A stretch of 64,000 bases of DNA from Rhynchobatus australiae. Its lineage: Eukaryota. The translations under genes were made by a program, and so were the position numbers. The stretch covers positions 11,053,373-11,117,372 of the forward strand of contig JAUZTB010000081.1 of NCBI GenBank assembly GCA_034780895.1. Reading direction: 5' to 3'. Below are positions 27,206-40,625 of this stretch, in pieces. The notes beneath the pieces are model-generated. The model saw only the letters and a list, made by a program, of their open reading frames with translations, searched no databases and was not told the DNA's origin. Within the stretch, counting starts at the first letter, position 1; every line of letters starts with the position of its first letter.

Positions 27206-27724
27206 TCTTGGCGTCACTTCCATTCGATGTGAGGCCGGTATGTGTGGAAGCGTTAGCAAGGGAATCCATGTTAAGCCCTGTACTGGTGGGAACCTGCTTC
27301 ATTCAGAAATAAGGTAAATTTAAAAAGCACATTTCAAAACCATTCAGCTTTTGAGGAATCAAAGGAACGGCGAAGTAAAAAGGAACTAATCTGGAAATCC
27401 TTACTGTGGAAAGTTTCATTGTCAGAGCAGGTCTGACGAAGTTGATTAAACTGGGAGAATGGAATGACGAACTTATTGAAAACAGGGAACAAGTTCAGTA
27501 AAGGTAGCAAATGGAATCTGGCGGCTTACAACCTATTACTCGAGATGAAGATAGAGAAGTCGAAGAACGGCAAAGAAAATTCGGAAATTGGAAGCGTGAA
27601 AGCGGTTCAGGTACCAAGTAATGCCAGAGTTGTAAAAATGTAAGATCTTTAAGAGAACAGGAAGTTACACAAACACAGTCATCAGTTTACCAGATAAAGT
27701 TATGATAGAGGAAAGCTGAATCGG

Positions 27725-29160
27725 AATCATCGAGATGTGCAACATAGGAAATGTTCCTATGCACCATCATGGCCTTCGCGATATTTTTGCCTATTTACAC
27801 TAATCCTATCTGGCAAGATCAGAACTGTATATGTCCATGCCTTGCGTATAAAACTGCCTCTGAATTTCTATTAAAAGTTTTGATTGTATCGGATTCTACC
27901 ATCTCCACTGTTTGCGAATTGCAGATTTCGACTACCCTCGGTATTAACTGAACCTTCCTCTTCATTTTTAAACTCCTTCTGCTCACCATAAACCTTCGTT
28001 ATCTTGTTCAAATATCCCTGCCATAGAAAGGAAAAAAATGAATCTGACTATCTATCCTATCTATGGCTCATGATGTTATATCTCTCTCTCAGGTCATCTC
28101 TGAAGTTCATTTACGCCAAGGTGAAAATGCATATTTATTCAATCTATCTCCATAACAAAATCCTCCAATTCTGAAAACGTCATTGGAAGACTCCTCTGCG
28201 CTCTCTGCCCAACGCAATTAAATCCTTTCTGCAGCATTGTAATCAGAACTGCACAACATACTACATGTGCGGTTAACCAGTATTTTGTAATTTTGCGACT
28301 TAACATCCCAACTATTACACTCGATGCCACGACGTGCAAAAGCAAACATACTATATGCCTCCTTTGCCAGATAATTTACTCGTGTTGCTGCTTACAGGCC
28401 CTTCAGGCGTCTATGGATTTGAAACCCATGACACATGTTTTATCTCTTTTGCTGAGTAGCCAGATTTTCATTATATATGAACCACAGCTATTTGACTTCG
28501 ATGAGTGAATTCCAGGAGTGAATTCCACCTGCCATCACTCCAATCAACTTGCCATCCGTTCGATATTCTGACAAACGTCCTCCATATGATTAACATCACC
28601 AATTTTACGATTATATGCAAATTTACTGATCGTACCTCCTGAATTATTTCGAGGTGTTCACTTACATCATGAACAGCAAGCCTTCCATCATCGATGTGCA
28701 GAACATTGGTAAATAAATCAACGTATGCGCCCCCCCCCCGTCAACAAGAATAACCAGATCTTCCTGTGGCTTATGTAAATTAATTCTGGAACAACCTACC
28801 ATGTGCAAAGTTGACAAACGCCTTAGAAATGATAATAAAAAAGTTCTACTGCTCTTCCTTCATTAATCTTCTAAGACACTTCAAAAACTCAATCAAATTA
28901 GCGAGACAGGATTTCCCTTGCACAGATAGAGCCCTGTCAGCTTCCATGCTTCCAAATGTAAATAGATCATATTCCGTAGAATTTCCTCCTCGAATTGTCA
29001 ACCACTGACAAATGGCTCAGCGCCCTGTTGTTAGTGCTTATATCTGTTCGCAATCATAAATAAAGGAACAACATAAGTTATACTCCATTCTTGTTACACC
29101 AGAGTTGCGGCTAAAGAATATTACTATCAACTCCTAAGTTATCTCCATCATTCTTTTCCA
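27725..29160 (-). mobile_element. Ancient CR1-like LINE relic within the duplicated spacer (related pieces near 5520-6060, 40800-41460, 54370-54660, 59470-60720)
   Basis: Decayed reverse-strand RT and 3'-end sequence; the 40927-41181 copy translates IEEGGAVDVINIDIRRVCDKVPLEGLL. Confidence 0.6.
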
Positions 29161-31707
29161 TTGCAATTGGTGACGGTTCTCATTCAATCATATCAGTACT
29201 TTTTGTTCGTCCGCCTTTATTCATCGTACGACATGTAACTGCTTCGTGACGAAGGAAGTCCTGGAATTGCTGGTGAAGATGAACGACGATTGTGCAAATT
29301 GCAGCAACTTGGTTCTGAACTTATATCGACTTCCTTTGGCGGCGGAGTGGGAAATAGCCTCATGTTAGATGTCAATGTTTATGTCACTGTACGAAATGGA
29401 GATTATCAATCTCCATTCGTGGTGAATGTGAACGGTTTAAACAAATTGGGATGAAATTCAGATTGTGTCTCTTCTGCGGGCAATGCTGGCACACCGGATC
29501 TAATCGGCATCGGACATAATGATTAGTTCGGGATTATGATAGATGGTCAAAACTGCAAAGTGTCCAGAAACATTGAAAAGAAAGCCAAAAAATGAAGCAG
29601 CCGGGACATTCAGCTTGTCAGGCAGCATCGGTGGGAAAAGAATTAGGCTTGACCGTTCAGCTCAGGAAAAAAAAATCGAAGGTAAATGTCATGGAGCAGG
29701 ATCGATGGGCCGAATGGCCTAATTCCTCTCCCTTATCTTGTGATCTTGTGCTCCGAGTCACTGAATACGGGAGTATGGAAAAAAAGTACTGGTGATGCTC
29801 GGGTGGAGCACGTTAACAAGATCCAGATCACATGGTTGCTCTGTTGCATGGGAAAGCTGCAATCACGGTCGATCTGCAAAAAGGGAATATCATCTGGAAG
29901 TCATACGACATAGAAAGGACGTAAATATATTAACTGAGGAAAGAGATAAACCAGCGGCACCGACTTCTCGTCAATATCTCATTTCATTTTGCTTTCAGGA
30001 TTGTGAAATTCACTCGATCATATTGCAACCTCGGCCTCTCCAACCGTTCGCATCTTCGAACACGTTTCATTTCCCCGTTTTCAGTTGCTGATAATGGTCA
30101 TTAGAGAGTGGAAGTCATCAGGTCATTCAGTTCATATACAGGTTTTTCAGTTTCTCATATTTGCAAATCTAATCTGACAAAGTTAATTCCATTATCCCAA
30201 CCGAGTGAAGATATAGCTGGATATGGTAAAACTTTTCTGAACGTCAGAGTTCGAAGTTACGATGCTGGGATACCAAAAGTGCTCAGGTCATTGGTCCAGA
30301 CAAAAGAAAAGCCCGAGTAAATGCAAGTGAAATCTTACCTGATATGGCTGTGGACTAAAATTATATAAACTATAAAGCTGAAACAATGTTTTAATAGAAA
30401 CAATGAAACGACTACATTTCAGAAAATAATACGTATGCATTTGTAACGCAACTGTATCGGAGTGTCAGACCTTGTTTCACCTTTCCTCTTATCATTTTAT
30501 ACTTGCTCTATTCCCTGTACTCGTCAGTTCTGATGCAGAGCCTTGACCTGATATCCATGCCTCCATAGACGCTGCCTGACCAGCTGAGTTTTATGTCAGC
30601 TTAAATTTTGCTCCATTTTAGGGCATATGCAATATTTTTGGTCGATGTTTGATAAATAATTCTCCGAATGTTTTTGTTTGCATGTTCTCTGAAGAAATAT
30701 TCGGTTCTTTAAGGAACCGACTTTCCCGAATCACCACAATAGTTGAGCCAGGGTTGCCAGAGATACAACTGTTTGAGTCAACACATTTAATGATATGGCT
30801 TGCATGAAATACGAAGTGCATCAGGAAATGTAGAGACACTGAGCCTAAACACAGCGAAAGGAACCGATGACAATATACTCATGATGCTGAATATCATTCA
30901 GATTTAGCGTTGACACAGTAGCTGGGCTTGTTCAGCTGATGGTGCCACATATTTTCCAACCAACCCATTAGATTTATAGCAGCCAGAAGTCGATCCATTT
31001 TGTCCTGTTACTTTATTCTTTTGAAGATACGTGCGTATTTACACTCTATGTTGATTATAAGACAGAATGGACAACTCGTCTTATAGCAAAAGGGCATCGC
31101 GATTTTCCGAGGCAGGATCGAAGACCTCCATTCGTGAGGTTTAGTTTCTCATGTGCGTTCCCTTCGCCTTGCATGATGGCCGATGAAACCATGAATTTGG
31201 GGCATTTGAACAGGCATTTCTTCAGCAGGGAACGAGGACGCCGCAGTCAGTATCGCGCATGATGGGTATATTCTTGTTACGTCCTGATTCAGTTAGGTTT
31301 GAGCCATCAACTCATTGAAATATTGTGACTGTGGGCACAAATCGCGCTGCCCAGCGACAATTGCTCTGGAATCAACATTCTATTTACTATTGTGGACAAT
31401 GCTTAAAAAAATATAAACACCCGCCCAAGTACGTTGAAAGTGGAATTATAAGGGAGAGTGGAGGTATGATGGCGGACTTTCCTTCAATTTACCTCTCTGG
31501 TCATTTGAAAAGTGACTTGTTGAAGAGTACGAATGAACACAAGGAACATCCGGCGATCATTTTTTTTCTGGAGCAACAGATATCTGAATGTGAACAGAGT
31601 CATTTCANNNNNNNNNNNNNNNNNNNNNNNNNNNNNNNNNNNNNNNNNNNNNNNNNNNNNNNNNNNNNNNNNNNNNNNNNNNNNNNNNNNNNNNNNNNNN
31701 NNNNNNN

Positions 31708-32012
31708 AAACACAGGCAGCAACTGGAAGGAATCTTGCCTCAGAGATCAGAAGAGGAATCTCAACACAAACTGGATCTTCACAAGGAATGAGAACACAGG
31801 ACTGCTCTAGAGTAAACCACTCTAAGCAACTAGGAGCCAAAGGTGGACCAATACTCTGGCAACTAGTGCTAGAGAAACACAGGTACTTATGCTAGGCCCC
31901 TGATGGGGCTCAGGTGCGTATTGTTAGGTAATCAGTCCAACATGAAATCCATGTGTTGGACAACAAGGCATTAATGGAGCCAAATTGAGGGCTAGAACTC
32001 AGAACCATGACA
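31708..32012 (-). mobile_element. LTR family A (Gypsy-like), 5' ~305 bp; remainder in the gap
   Basis: Ends ...ctcagaaccatgaca (reverse complement TGTCATGGTTCTGAG); left part is the reverse complement of 47924-48054. Followed by a LINE-type tail (tgacaataaa...tttgactttgactttg). Confidence 0.75.
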
Positions 32013-34715
32013 ATAAGTTTATCATGCCACCGATGAATTTATGTACTTGTGCATATGACAATAAATTCGTCTTTGAATTTTGACTTTGACTTTGTAAATA
32101 CTTCGTTGGAATGTATTCAAACAGTACGTCATGATTTCCCCGAACTCTCCCTGTTACTGAGAACGGATTGGGATGGCATTAATGCTGTCTGTAAACAAAT
32201 AAATTCAACGATAGGGATATATAATCGCACATTGCGGCTATCTGAAGCTATAGAGGGTCTGTCCTTCAGAAGTTAGACCTTGCCAATATATGGTTGAACT
32301 GGAATAGCTGGCGGAAGAAAGCCACCATTCTCTGGAGTACACAGCTGTCATCATGGAAATGTATATGGCGTTTGGGGATCATCAGTTCTCAGCATTGCCG
32401 ATATTTGACAGCGGTGACTGTTGTCAAATAAGTTAACTTTTTGTCATTAAATCCTACTGTTCACATTGGCGCAAGAAGCAGGGTGACCTCATGGTTATCC
32501 ATGGAATAGTGACGGAAACAGCAGTTACTCCGTAAGTATTGCCGCCGATAGTGGTCAAGAGGCTTGATTATTCGCCACGAGCCGTCAGCTGCAATACCGG
32601 TTTCATCGTGATTGAAAAGATCCCGACCATTGCCATAATCCAGCATAGTTTATTAACGTTTACTGACAACTGGAGCCACCCGGAAAACTGAGAATCTGGG
32701 AAAAAGCTTTTCTCTTATAAATTCCAAATCTATGCTTCAATTCCTGATATTGTGCTATATTTTCCACCCTCTCCTCCTATTTCTTAATACTTAGAAATAA
32801 AAAAAGCTACACTACAATTCTACGTGGGGCCCAGTCAGCGGAAGTAAATGGCTTTTACTGATCATTAAATAAAACACAGAGGAAAGAAATTGTTTGAAAT
32901 GCACGTCTTTTTGAAGTTATACTTGGAAGAATGCGGTATTTTCCTCTGGACAATGGATAAATTCCTCTCCCTGCAATCGACCTTGAAACTGCCCACCCTG
33001 CAATGAATATGTTGAATATGTTGAATTGATTTTGACATGGAAAGAAAACACTGCTTTTGACTTTTTATAGTACATCGTTGTCCATGACTCAGATCATCTG
33101 AATGGACGACAGCCCACCGAACGGTTTTGGCATCTGAGATGGCGGATACTTGCCACTGAGCGTGTCCTGTGAATTATATCACTGAACCTTTGTGTTGCGA
33201 CTGCTAAGTAAGACTGTATCCTTGCAATAACATGGACGGCATTCTTCCGATTATGGAGTGATTTAGATGCATTCGCTGTCGTGGGGCTGATAAGAATATT
33301 TGTATTGCTTTCAGTTAAGAGTGATTTACATGAACATGCGTGTGCTTCTGTGAATGAATATGCTTCTCTACTTCGTCAGTGAGCTTGGATTGCTCTTCTA
33401 CATAAGGGCAGAAGGCTAAAACCACTCAAACCGTTAAGCAGCAACCTTCGGAACAATATCTTTCAGTCGAGATTTCGGGCCGATACAGCACCGGGACGAA
33501 CAGGGAAGAGGAAACATTGCAGAACACGGCAAAACTTAGCGCTGGGTAAAAAAAAAACTGAGGTGGGGATGACTGGTGGGGGTAGGTGATGTGAGGGATG
33601 ATGGTTGGTAAATCCTGGGACAGAGACTGGTATGTGAAACATGGAACCAGATTACGATGGGATGACGGGCAGAAGGAACCGTTTCAGGAGCAAATAGGAG
33701 AAATGACCGAACGGAGAATAAAACTTGGTGNNNNNNNNNNNNNNNNNNNNNNNNNNNNNNNNNNNNNNNNNNNNNNNNNNNNNNNNNNNNNNNNNNNNNN
33801 NNNNNNNNNNNNNNNNNNNNNNNNNNNNNNNNNNNNNNNNNNNNNNNNNNNNNNNNNNNNNNNNNNNNNNNNNNNNNNNNNNNNNNNNNNNNNNNNNNNN
33901 NNNNNNNNNNNNNNNNNNNNNNNNNNNNNNNNNNNNNNNNNNNNNNNNNNNNNNNNNNNNNNNNNNNNNNNNNNNNNNNNNNNNNNNNNNNNNNNNNNNN
34001 NNNNNNNNNNNNNNNNNNNNNNNNNNNNNNNNNNNNNNNNNNNNNNNNNNNNNNNNNNNNNNNNNNNNNNNNNNNNNNNNNNNNNNNNNNNNNNNNNNNN
34101 NNNNNNNNNNNNNNNNNNNNNNNNNNNNNNNNNNNNNNNNNNNNNNNNNNNNNNNNNNNNNNNNNNNNNNNNNNNNNNNNNNNNNNNNNNNNNNNNNNNN
34201 NNNNNNNNNNNNNNNNNNNNNNNNNNNNNNNNNNNNNNNNNNNNNNNNNNNNNNNNNNNNNNNNNNNNNNNNNNNNNNNNNNNNNNNNNNNNNNNNNNNN
34301 NNNNNNNNNNNNNNNNNNNNNNNNNNNNNNNNNNNNNNNNNNNNNNNNNNNNNNNNNNNNNNNNNNNNNNNNNNNNNNNNNNNNNNNNNNNNNNNNNNNN
34401 NNNNNNNNNNNNNNNNNNNNNNNNNNNNNNNNNNNNNNNNNNNNNNNNNNNNNNATGCAATAAATACTATGGCTTTTGTATGGTGTTTCGTCTGTTGAAA
34501 ATTTTAAATGCTGGAACATCGGTATACAATTTACCATTTCAAGCGTGATCATATTCACAAAGTAAACACCGCCTAATTAATGAAATCAAGAGACTGAATA
34601 ATTCCAGCCATCTTGTTTGCTGGATATTCATCTGAGTTATAAATAGCAGCTTAATTTAAGATCAAAATATCCGTGTTGCTGGTCAATCATCTGGAGAAGG
34701 TACTTCTGTTCGATT

Positions 34716-34785
34716 CTGAAACAGCCTATACTCCTGCAGATGGAAAATATTTATCATCGTATTCTTGTAATAATTGGAGTTCCAG
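34716..34785 (+). pseudogene. Decayed GPR139-like exon 1 (ATG->CTG, donor GT->GG)
   Basis: (L)KQPILLQMENIYHRILVIIGVP + G|ggacgt; TATAAATA retained ~78 nt upstream but the O/E-like site is deleted. Confidence 0.8.
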
Positions 34786-36011
34786 GGACGTCACTCATAG
34801 AAAGGCATTGCAAACATATATTGATGTGCTTTACTCACCGGCAGAAATAAACCACAGCCAACATACGTGAACATGATTTGTTTCCTTTCTTGTTTTTAAC
34901 GCAAAAATACTACACTGAAATAAAATAAAAATAATGACTGTTTTTCTTCAATAATGTACCTGAACGGCAATATTATGTTGGCATAATTTGCACACTAGAT
35001 TAAACAATTAAGCCAAAATAGCTGAATTTGTCTCAGGAGGAAAAAATATACATCTGCTTTATTCCACCCTGCCGAATGAAAGACGCCATTCCGCTCAATC
35101 GAAAACAGGCTGCTTTAGCAATGGCAGACTGCACCTTTCCATAAAGTTCTCCGGGAAAATGCAGTTTCATGACAGTTCAGAAAAAGGAAGCAGATTTAAG
35201 GCAATGTGCATTGGGAAGTTTGAGGGGACTGTTAAGGACAGAGTACAGGTAGTCCACTAAACTGTCGCCAATTTACTTTCATTTTATCGAAGTAGGTGAG
35301 GTTATATTTCAAGAAGTCAATGCATGATACCAAATTGGAAGGGCTACACGCATTTCCTGTCATGCAGCACTGCCTGCGCTGTTTATCTTCAACATATTTC
35401 CGTTCACGGAATATTTATTTGTGCAATACAGATTTCTTTTATTTTGCATGCAATTGACGATTGCCATCTGAGTGCGACTCCAAATCATCATAGCCCTTAT
35501 TACAACTTTTCTTTTGTTTTCTTCGTGGAATGTTTATGGAAAATTATCATATCGCAGCAAATTCTCTGAATATTTCAAAATGTTGTGTTTTTTGTGCTAT
35601 ATATGACTGCAGATTATAATGTTCAGATGGTACGAGGCGGAAATGAGAGAAGTTGCAGGTCAGATCTTGTTTAAAATAACTAGGGAAACATTCTTTCAAT
35701 ACAAACGGTATTTAATTCATCAGCGAAGTTTGTAAGGCATATTCAATAAAGATTATAACTCCTGACTGGTATTTCATTTGTTTGGGAAAGTAAATGCTGA
35801 ACCATATATTTCAGTTTACCACTTTAACCGTCATCAGAGGCACGCACTAAACACAGATCAATCAATGTGATCAACTGACTGAATAGTTCAAATAATCTTG
35901 CGTGCCACTTCCGCCAAGGAGATTTCTCTGAGGAAAAGGTAACAGCTAAATTTGAAATCAGGAGATACGTTTGGCCGTTGAACAATCTTGAAATGTTGCG
36001 TCCCTTCGATT

Positions 36012-36068
36012 ATGAAACAGCCTGTGAGGATGTAGCTGGAAATTATTTACCAACCACTGAAGTTTCAG
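36012..36068 (+). pseudogene. Decayed GPR139-like exon 1 (stop codon, internal deletion, donor GT->AT)
   Basis: MKQPVRM*LEIIY... ending tttcag|ataagt; upstream flank collinear with the other promoters. Confidence 0.75.
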
Positions 36069-38750
36069 ATAAGTCCGTCAAAGAATGACATTGCAATTAT
36101 ATAGTCATATGATTGACGTTGGGAGATTTTTTAAACCACAGCCAAAATAGCAGGAGCAAAGTTTGTTTTCTGAAAAGTTATTAATACAAACTCCTAAGTG
36201 AATCGGGGAAAAAAGAAATTGTGTGCTTGTCGTCAGTAAAGTACATGAATGTGGTGTAGTTTGTGCATGGATTGAGCAATCCGCCCAACGATTTTTGAAT
36301 TTGTCTTTGGGTAAAATGCTATCTCCGCTTTCTGCCACCTAGCAGAAAAAAAATACTTCCTTCTGCTCCTTGGAAAGCATACTGTCTTATGAGCAAATGC
36401 ACGCTTCTAACGAAGTATCTACGTGAAAATGCACTGTGTTGTTCATTTTCTGTTTTCATTCGACATCTCAGCCTCAGTCCAGATTCTCTACGCAAAATGA
36501 AAAAAGAAGATGCGATGCCCCGCGACCTCTTTTCCTCAGCGTCCTAGGTCATAAGTATTTGCTAGTATTGAACTCAATGTTGAAACAAAAAAAAAGCTGA
36601 AAAACATTTCACAGGTATTTTCCCTTTCAGCGTGGGTCTCCGACCAAAAGACGCTGGCTGTTCAGGCGAATTGGTCTGAAGCACATGGTCGCTGCAGCCT
36701 CCTTCTTACTGATAATTTATAGGCAGGTAGAACATGCAGCAAAAACAGGATTCAATGCGTGCAATATTTTAAAGATGAGTACCCTCGTTCATAATGCGCG
36801 CAGTGAAAGTGAAAACAATTCTGTTGGCACAGACTCGAATTTGTTGTTCGAAAAACTACGATTTATCGTTCATTAAATTCAAAATTTGTACTATTTATTG
36901 ACAGGATTTCTCTGACTGTATGTCGCTTTTAAACAGATGAGGATCACCGGATGTATGGAAACGAATAACACAGAAAGCAGGAGACTAGAATGTGGGATTC
37001 AACAAGATTTTATAATATCTGGAGCAGTTCCGTTTTCGGAAGATTTTGTTGTTAATTTTGACAGACATTGGAAGAACGATGACATATGTTTATTTCCGTT
37101 TGTTGCGCAGAGTGTCGTCGACGAGTGGTAATCTACATGTTGAGGATCCATTTAGAAACCAGTATTGGGTGAGTAGGGCAGGGACGGAGAAAAAGTCATT
37201 ATTGAAATTCAGCTCTTTGAGTCGACCAATGTCATGATATAGTTTACGAGAAGTTTCTGCAATCTCAGGAAATTCTGAGGCTAATTTCACTGAAAGGAAA
37301 CTCAACTAATTACCCACGATGCTGCATATTATTCAGGTTTAATGTTGACGCGCTAGCCGATCTGACTGAGCTGATGATGCAGCATACTTTCTGTCCGATC
37401 CACCACTTTTACGGCATCCAGAACTCGAAACATTACGTCGTGTTGCAGTATACTCATAAAGATGCACCTGTATTTGTGGCCTTTGTTGATTGTCAGACAG
37501 AATGGAACGCTCTCTTACAGCAGGAGCAGTCAAAAGATTCAAATAATTTCCGGCGTCAGGAATAAAATCTTCTGTCTTCTGTTGTCTAGTTTTCTTTTCA
37601 TGTGTGCTCGCTTCGCCTTTCACGATAGCCATTGAAACCAACCTTCCAGAACATTGTGATCAGTGAGTATCAACAGGGGAATGGGAAAGCAGCAGTAGGG
37701 GCAGACGATGGGAAGTATAAACGTGTCACGGGACACTTCTGGTGGGTTCGGGCCATTAACTCATTGAAACTTTGTGCTTATTATCCCAAATCGTGCAGTC
37801 CGGTTGATCGTTGCTCTGGAAGCAACTGTCCACTTCATTTTGTTTACCGTACTCAAAAATCTCAAAATTCCCACCCTTGTATGTTAAAAGCGGAACTGTA
37901 AGTGGAGCTGGTGGTCTGATGCCGGATTTTCCTTCAGTCTACCTCTCTGCAAATTGGATGAATGACGTGCTGGAGATAAAATATGGACACAAAAAAACAT
38001 CTGGCTATCAATTTTATGGCGGTTCAACAGAGCTCGAAATGTGAACAGGCACATTTCAAAGGAGATTGCACATTCGTTTGGTGAAATTAATTGTAAGCAC
38101 GGTTTTATTCTTCGCTTTTCATTTTTTTAAAAAAACCTTTGTCAGGAACTTAATTTAATTGAAAGAAATCGATTGATTTAACGTTGAAAATGTTTTATTT
38201 ACTTACATTTTAAAGTTATTCCAATAGTCGGATGCTTGTCTCCGGCTACCAGAGAAATACAAATACAAAAACAGTGCTAAACTTTGAAAGCCATTGAAGT
38301 GCCAAATATTTTCCGGCTTTCGAGCTGTCTACATCTCAACAAGTTCTGCCAGAGTCCGAATCTCCGTCATCAATTTATCCGCGCGCAGTACTTCCAATGG
38401 AAGTTATTGGTTCGCTATAGCGGAGATGTCAAGGTGGACGTGATGTCCACAGGTAGTCATTCTCGTAGAACGCTGCTTCATAGGAAAGCATTCCAGTTAT
38501 TGAAGTTGAGCCAAATATAGCAACAGTCGAGATGAAAATGACATAAGCCGACGGCAAATTCACAGGATTGCATTCTTTCTCATCGTACATTGCATTGCCT
38601 CTTCAAACAGAATCATTCATGGCAAGTGGTTGGAATAACATGGAGATGCTTTCTAAATAATTGTTTCCTAATTCTAAGCTGCAGCAAGAGGACCGTCTAC
38701 TTCTCGGGTTACTTCTCGTTTCTAGTGCAGTTTATTTTCTTCGTTTGCAG

Positions 38751-38945
38751 CAAATTTGGTGACAAGAGTCATCCTATCCTCTACAAAGTACATTCTCTCT
38801 GGACGCAATATCATATATTTTCTATCAATGCAGCAGACCTGATGATGTTGGTTTTCAATACAATGCTGTATGACTTTAAAGAGGATAATTCGTGTATATT
38901 CTTTAATTAGCCACAAATTTGCAGATTTTCTGTTGCAATTATTTC
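38751..38945 (+). pseudogene. GPR139-like exon 2 pseudogene truncated by a LINE
   Basis: TTTGCAG|CAAATTTGGTG; ANLVTRVILSSTK...AADLMMLVFNTMLYDFKE...FN*; homology stops where CR1 sequence begins. Confidence 0.85.
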
Positions 38946-40625
38946 AGTGGCTCTCAGTGTTTTAAAAAGGATGGGGGAGAGTGAGGAAAGGAGGAGGGGT
39001 GGCGATATTGTTCAGGGTCAGTGTGACAGCTGCAGAAAATGTGGATAACGTAGAAGCGTCCTCTCTAGCTTCAGTGTGGGTGGGATTTTGGAACAATAAA
39101 TGAGCACCTACTCCACTTGGAGTATACTAAAAGCCCCCCGGTAGCAGAAGGGATAATGAGGAACCGATTGGGAGGCAGAGTAACAGGGTTCTTATCATGG
39201 GAGACTTCAGCTTCCCAATTATTGTTGGCACCTACTTAGTTAGACGGGGCAGAGTTTAGTAAGTTTCTCCAGGACGGATTCCTGTCACAGTATGTTAGAG
39301 GCCGAATAGAGGGAATGTCATATTTGATCTAGTATTAGGTAATGAACCGGGATAAGTGACAGATCTCTCAGTGGGTGAGCATTTGGCGGACAGTGAACAC
39401 CGGTCCCTAACCTTTAGCATTGTCGTGGGCAAGGATAGGAGCAAAGAAGACAGGAAGATACTTAAATGGGGAAGGGAAATTTATGAAGCTATCAGGCTAG
39501 CAAGTGCAAATCCGGATGATATTTTGAAGGAAATGTACTGTGGAGATGTGCTCGTTGCTCAGGGTTCTCTTGCAGGATGATAGTGATAAGATTGTCCTGG
39601 TGAGGCAGAAAAGGAAAGGCATGGTGNNNNNNNNNNNNNNNNNNNNNNNNNNNNNNNNNNNNNNNNNNNNNNNNNNNNNNNNNNNNNNNNNNNNNNNNNN
39701 NNNNNNNNNNNNNNNNNNNNNNNNNNGGGGAAACCCGCTTTTTTCACATGTAAAGAACAGGAGGATGACAAGGTTAAAGTTAGAACCGATTAGAGACAAA
39801 GGTGGGAAGATGATCCTGGGAGGAGTGAAATTGTGTGAAATTCCCAATGAATACTTCTCTTCTGTATGCACCATGGAGAGGGACCTTGATGACGCTGAGG
39901 ACAGTGTTGGTAAGGTTAATGTTCTGGAGCATGTAGATATCAAGAGGGAGGATGTGTTGAAGCTGTTAGAGAATATTAGGACAGATAAGTCCCCGGGATC
40001 TGAAGGAATATTCGCCAGGCTTCTCCGCAAGGCAAGGGAGGAGATTGCTGAACCGTTGGTGCTCCTCATTGTCCAAGGCAATGAATCGGAGGATTATAGC
40101 GTGGCAAATGTTGTCCCCATATTCAAAACAATATAAGAGGGAGTGTCCAAGGAATTATAGACCAGTGAGTCGTAAGTCTGTGGTGGGCAAACTGTTGGAA
40201 ACGATTCTTAGAGATAGGATCTCTTGGCATTTAGATAACCATGGTCTGATTAGCGACAACAAGCATGGCTTTTGAATGGAAGATCATGTCTCGCAAGCCT
40301 GATAGGATTCTTTGAGGAGGTGACCAGACAGATTGATGAGGGTAGCGGAGTACATGTGGTATACATGGATTTTGGTAAGGCATTTCACAAGGTTCCACAT
40401 GGTAGGCTTCTTCAGGATGTCAGAGGACATGGAATCCTGGGAGACCTGGCCGTATGGATTCAGAATTGCTTTGCCTGTAGAAAGCAGAGGGTTGTGGTGG
40501 AGGGAGCACATTTATATTCGACGGCTCTGACGAGCGGTGTCCGACCAGGATCGATTGTGGGACATGTACTTTTCGTTACTTTTATTCATGACTTGGATAA
40601 AGGGGCAGAAGGGTAAGTTGGCATG
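38946..40625 (+). mobile_element. CR1-like LINE ORF2 (endonuclease + RT), degenerate, with a gap
   Basis: GGGVAILFR, IMGDFSFP, DLVLGNEP, EHLADSEHR, NEYFSSV, DKSPG, NYRPVS, GRSCLASL, VVYMDFGKAFHKVPHGRL, SGVRPGS. Confidence 0.92.

Noticed and set aside
33536-34558. Long ORFs of 250-340 aa (and others containing X runs)
   Set aside because: Artefacts of translating through N gaps.
39540-40616. Functional reverse transcriptase gene
   Set aside because: Multiple stops and frameshifts, truncated before the catalytic FADD-type motif; an ordinary dead CR1.
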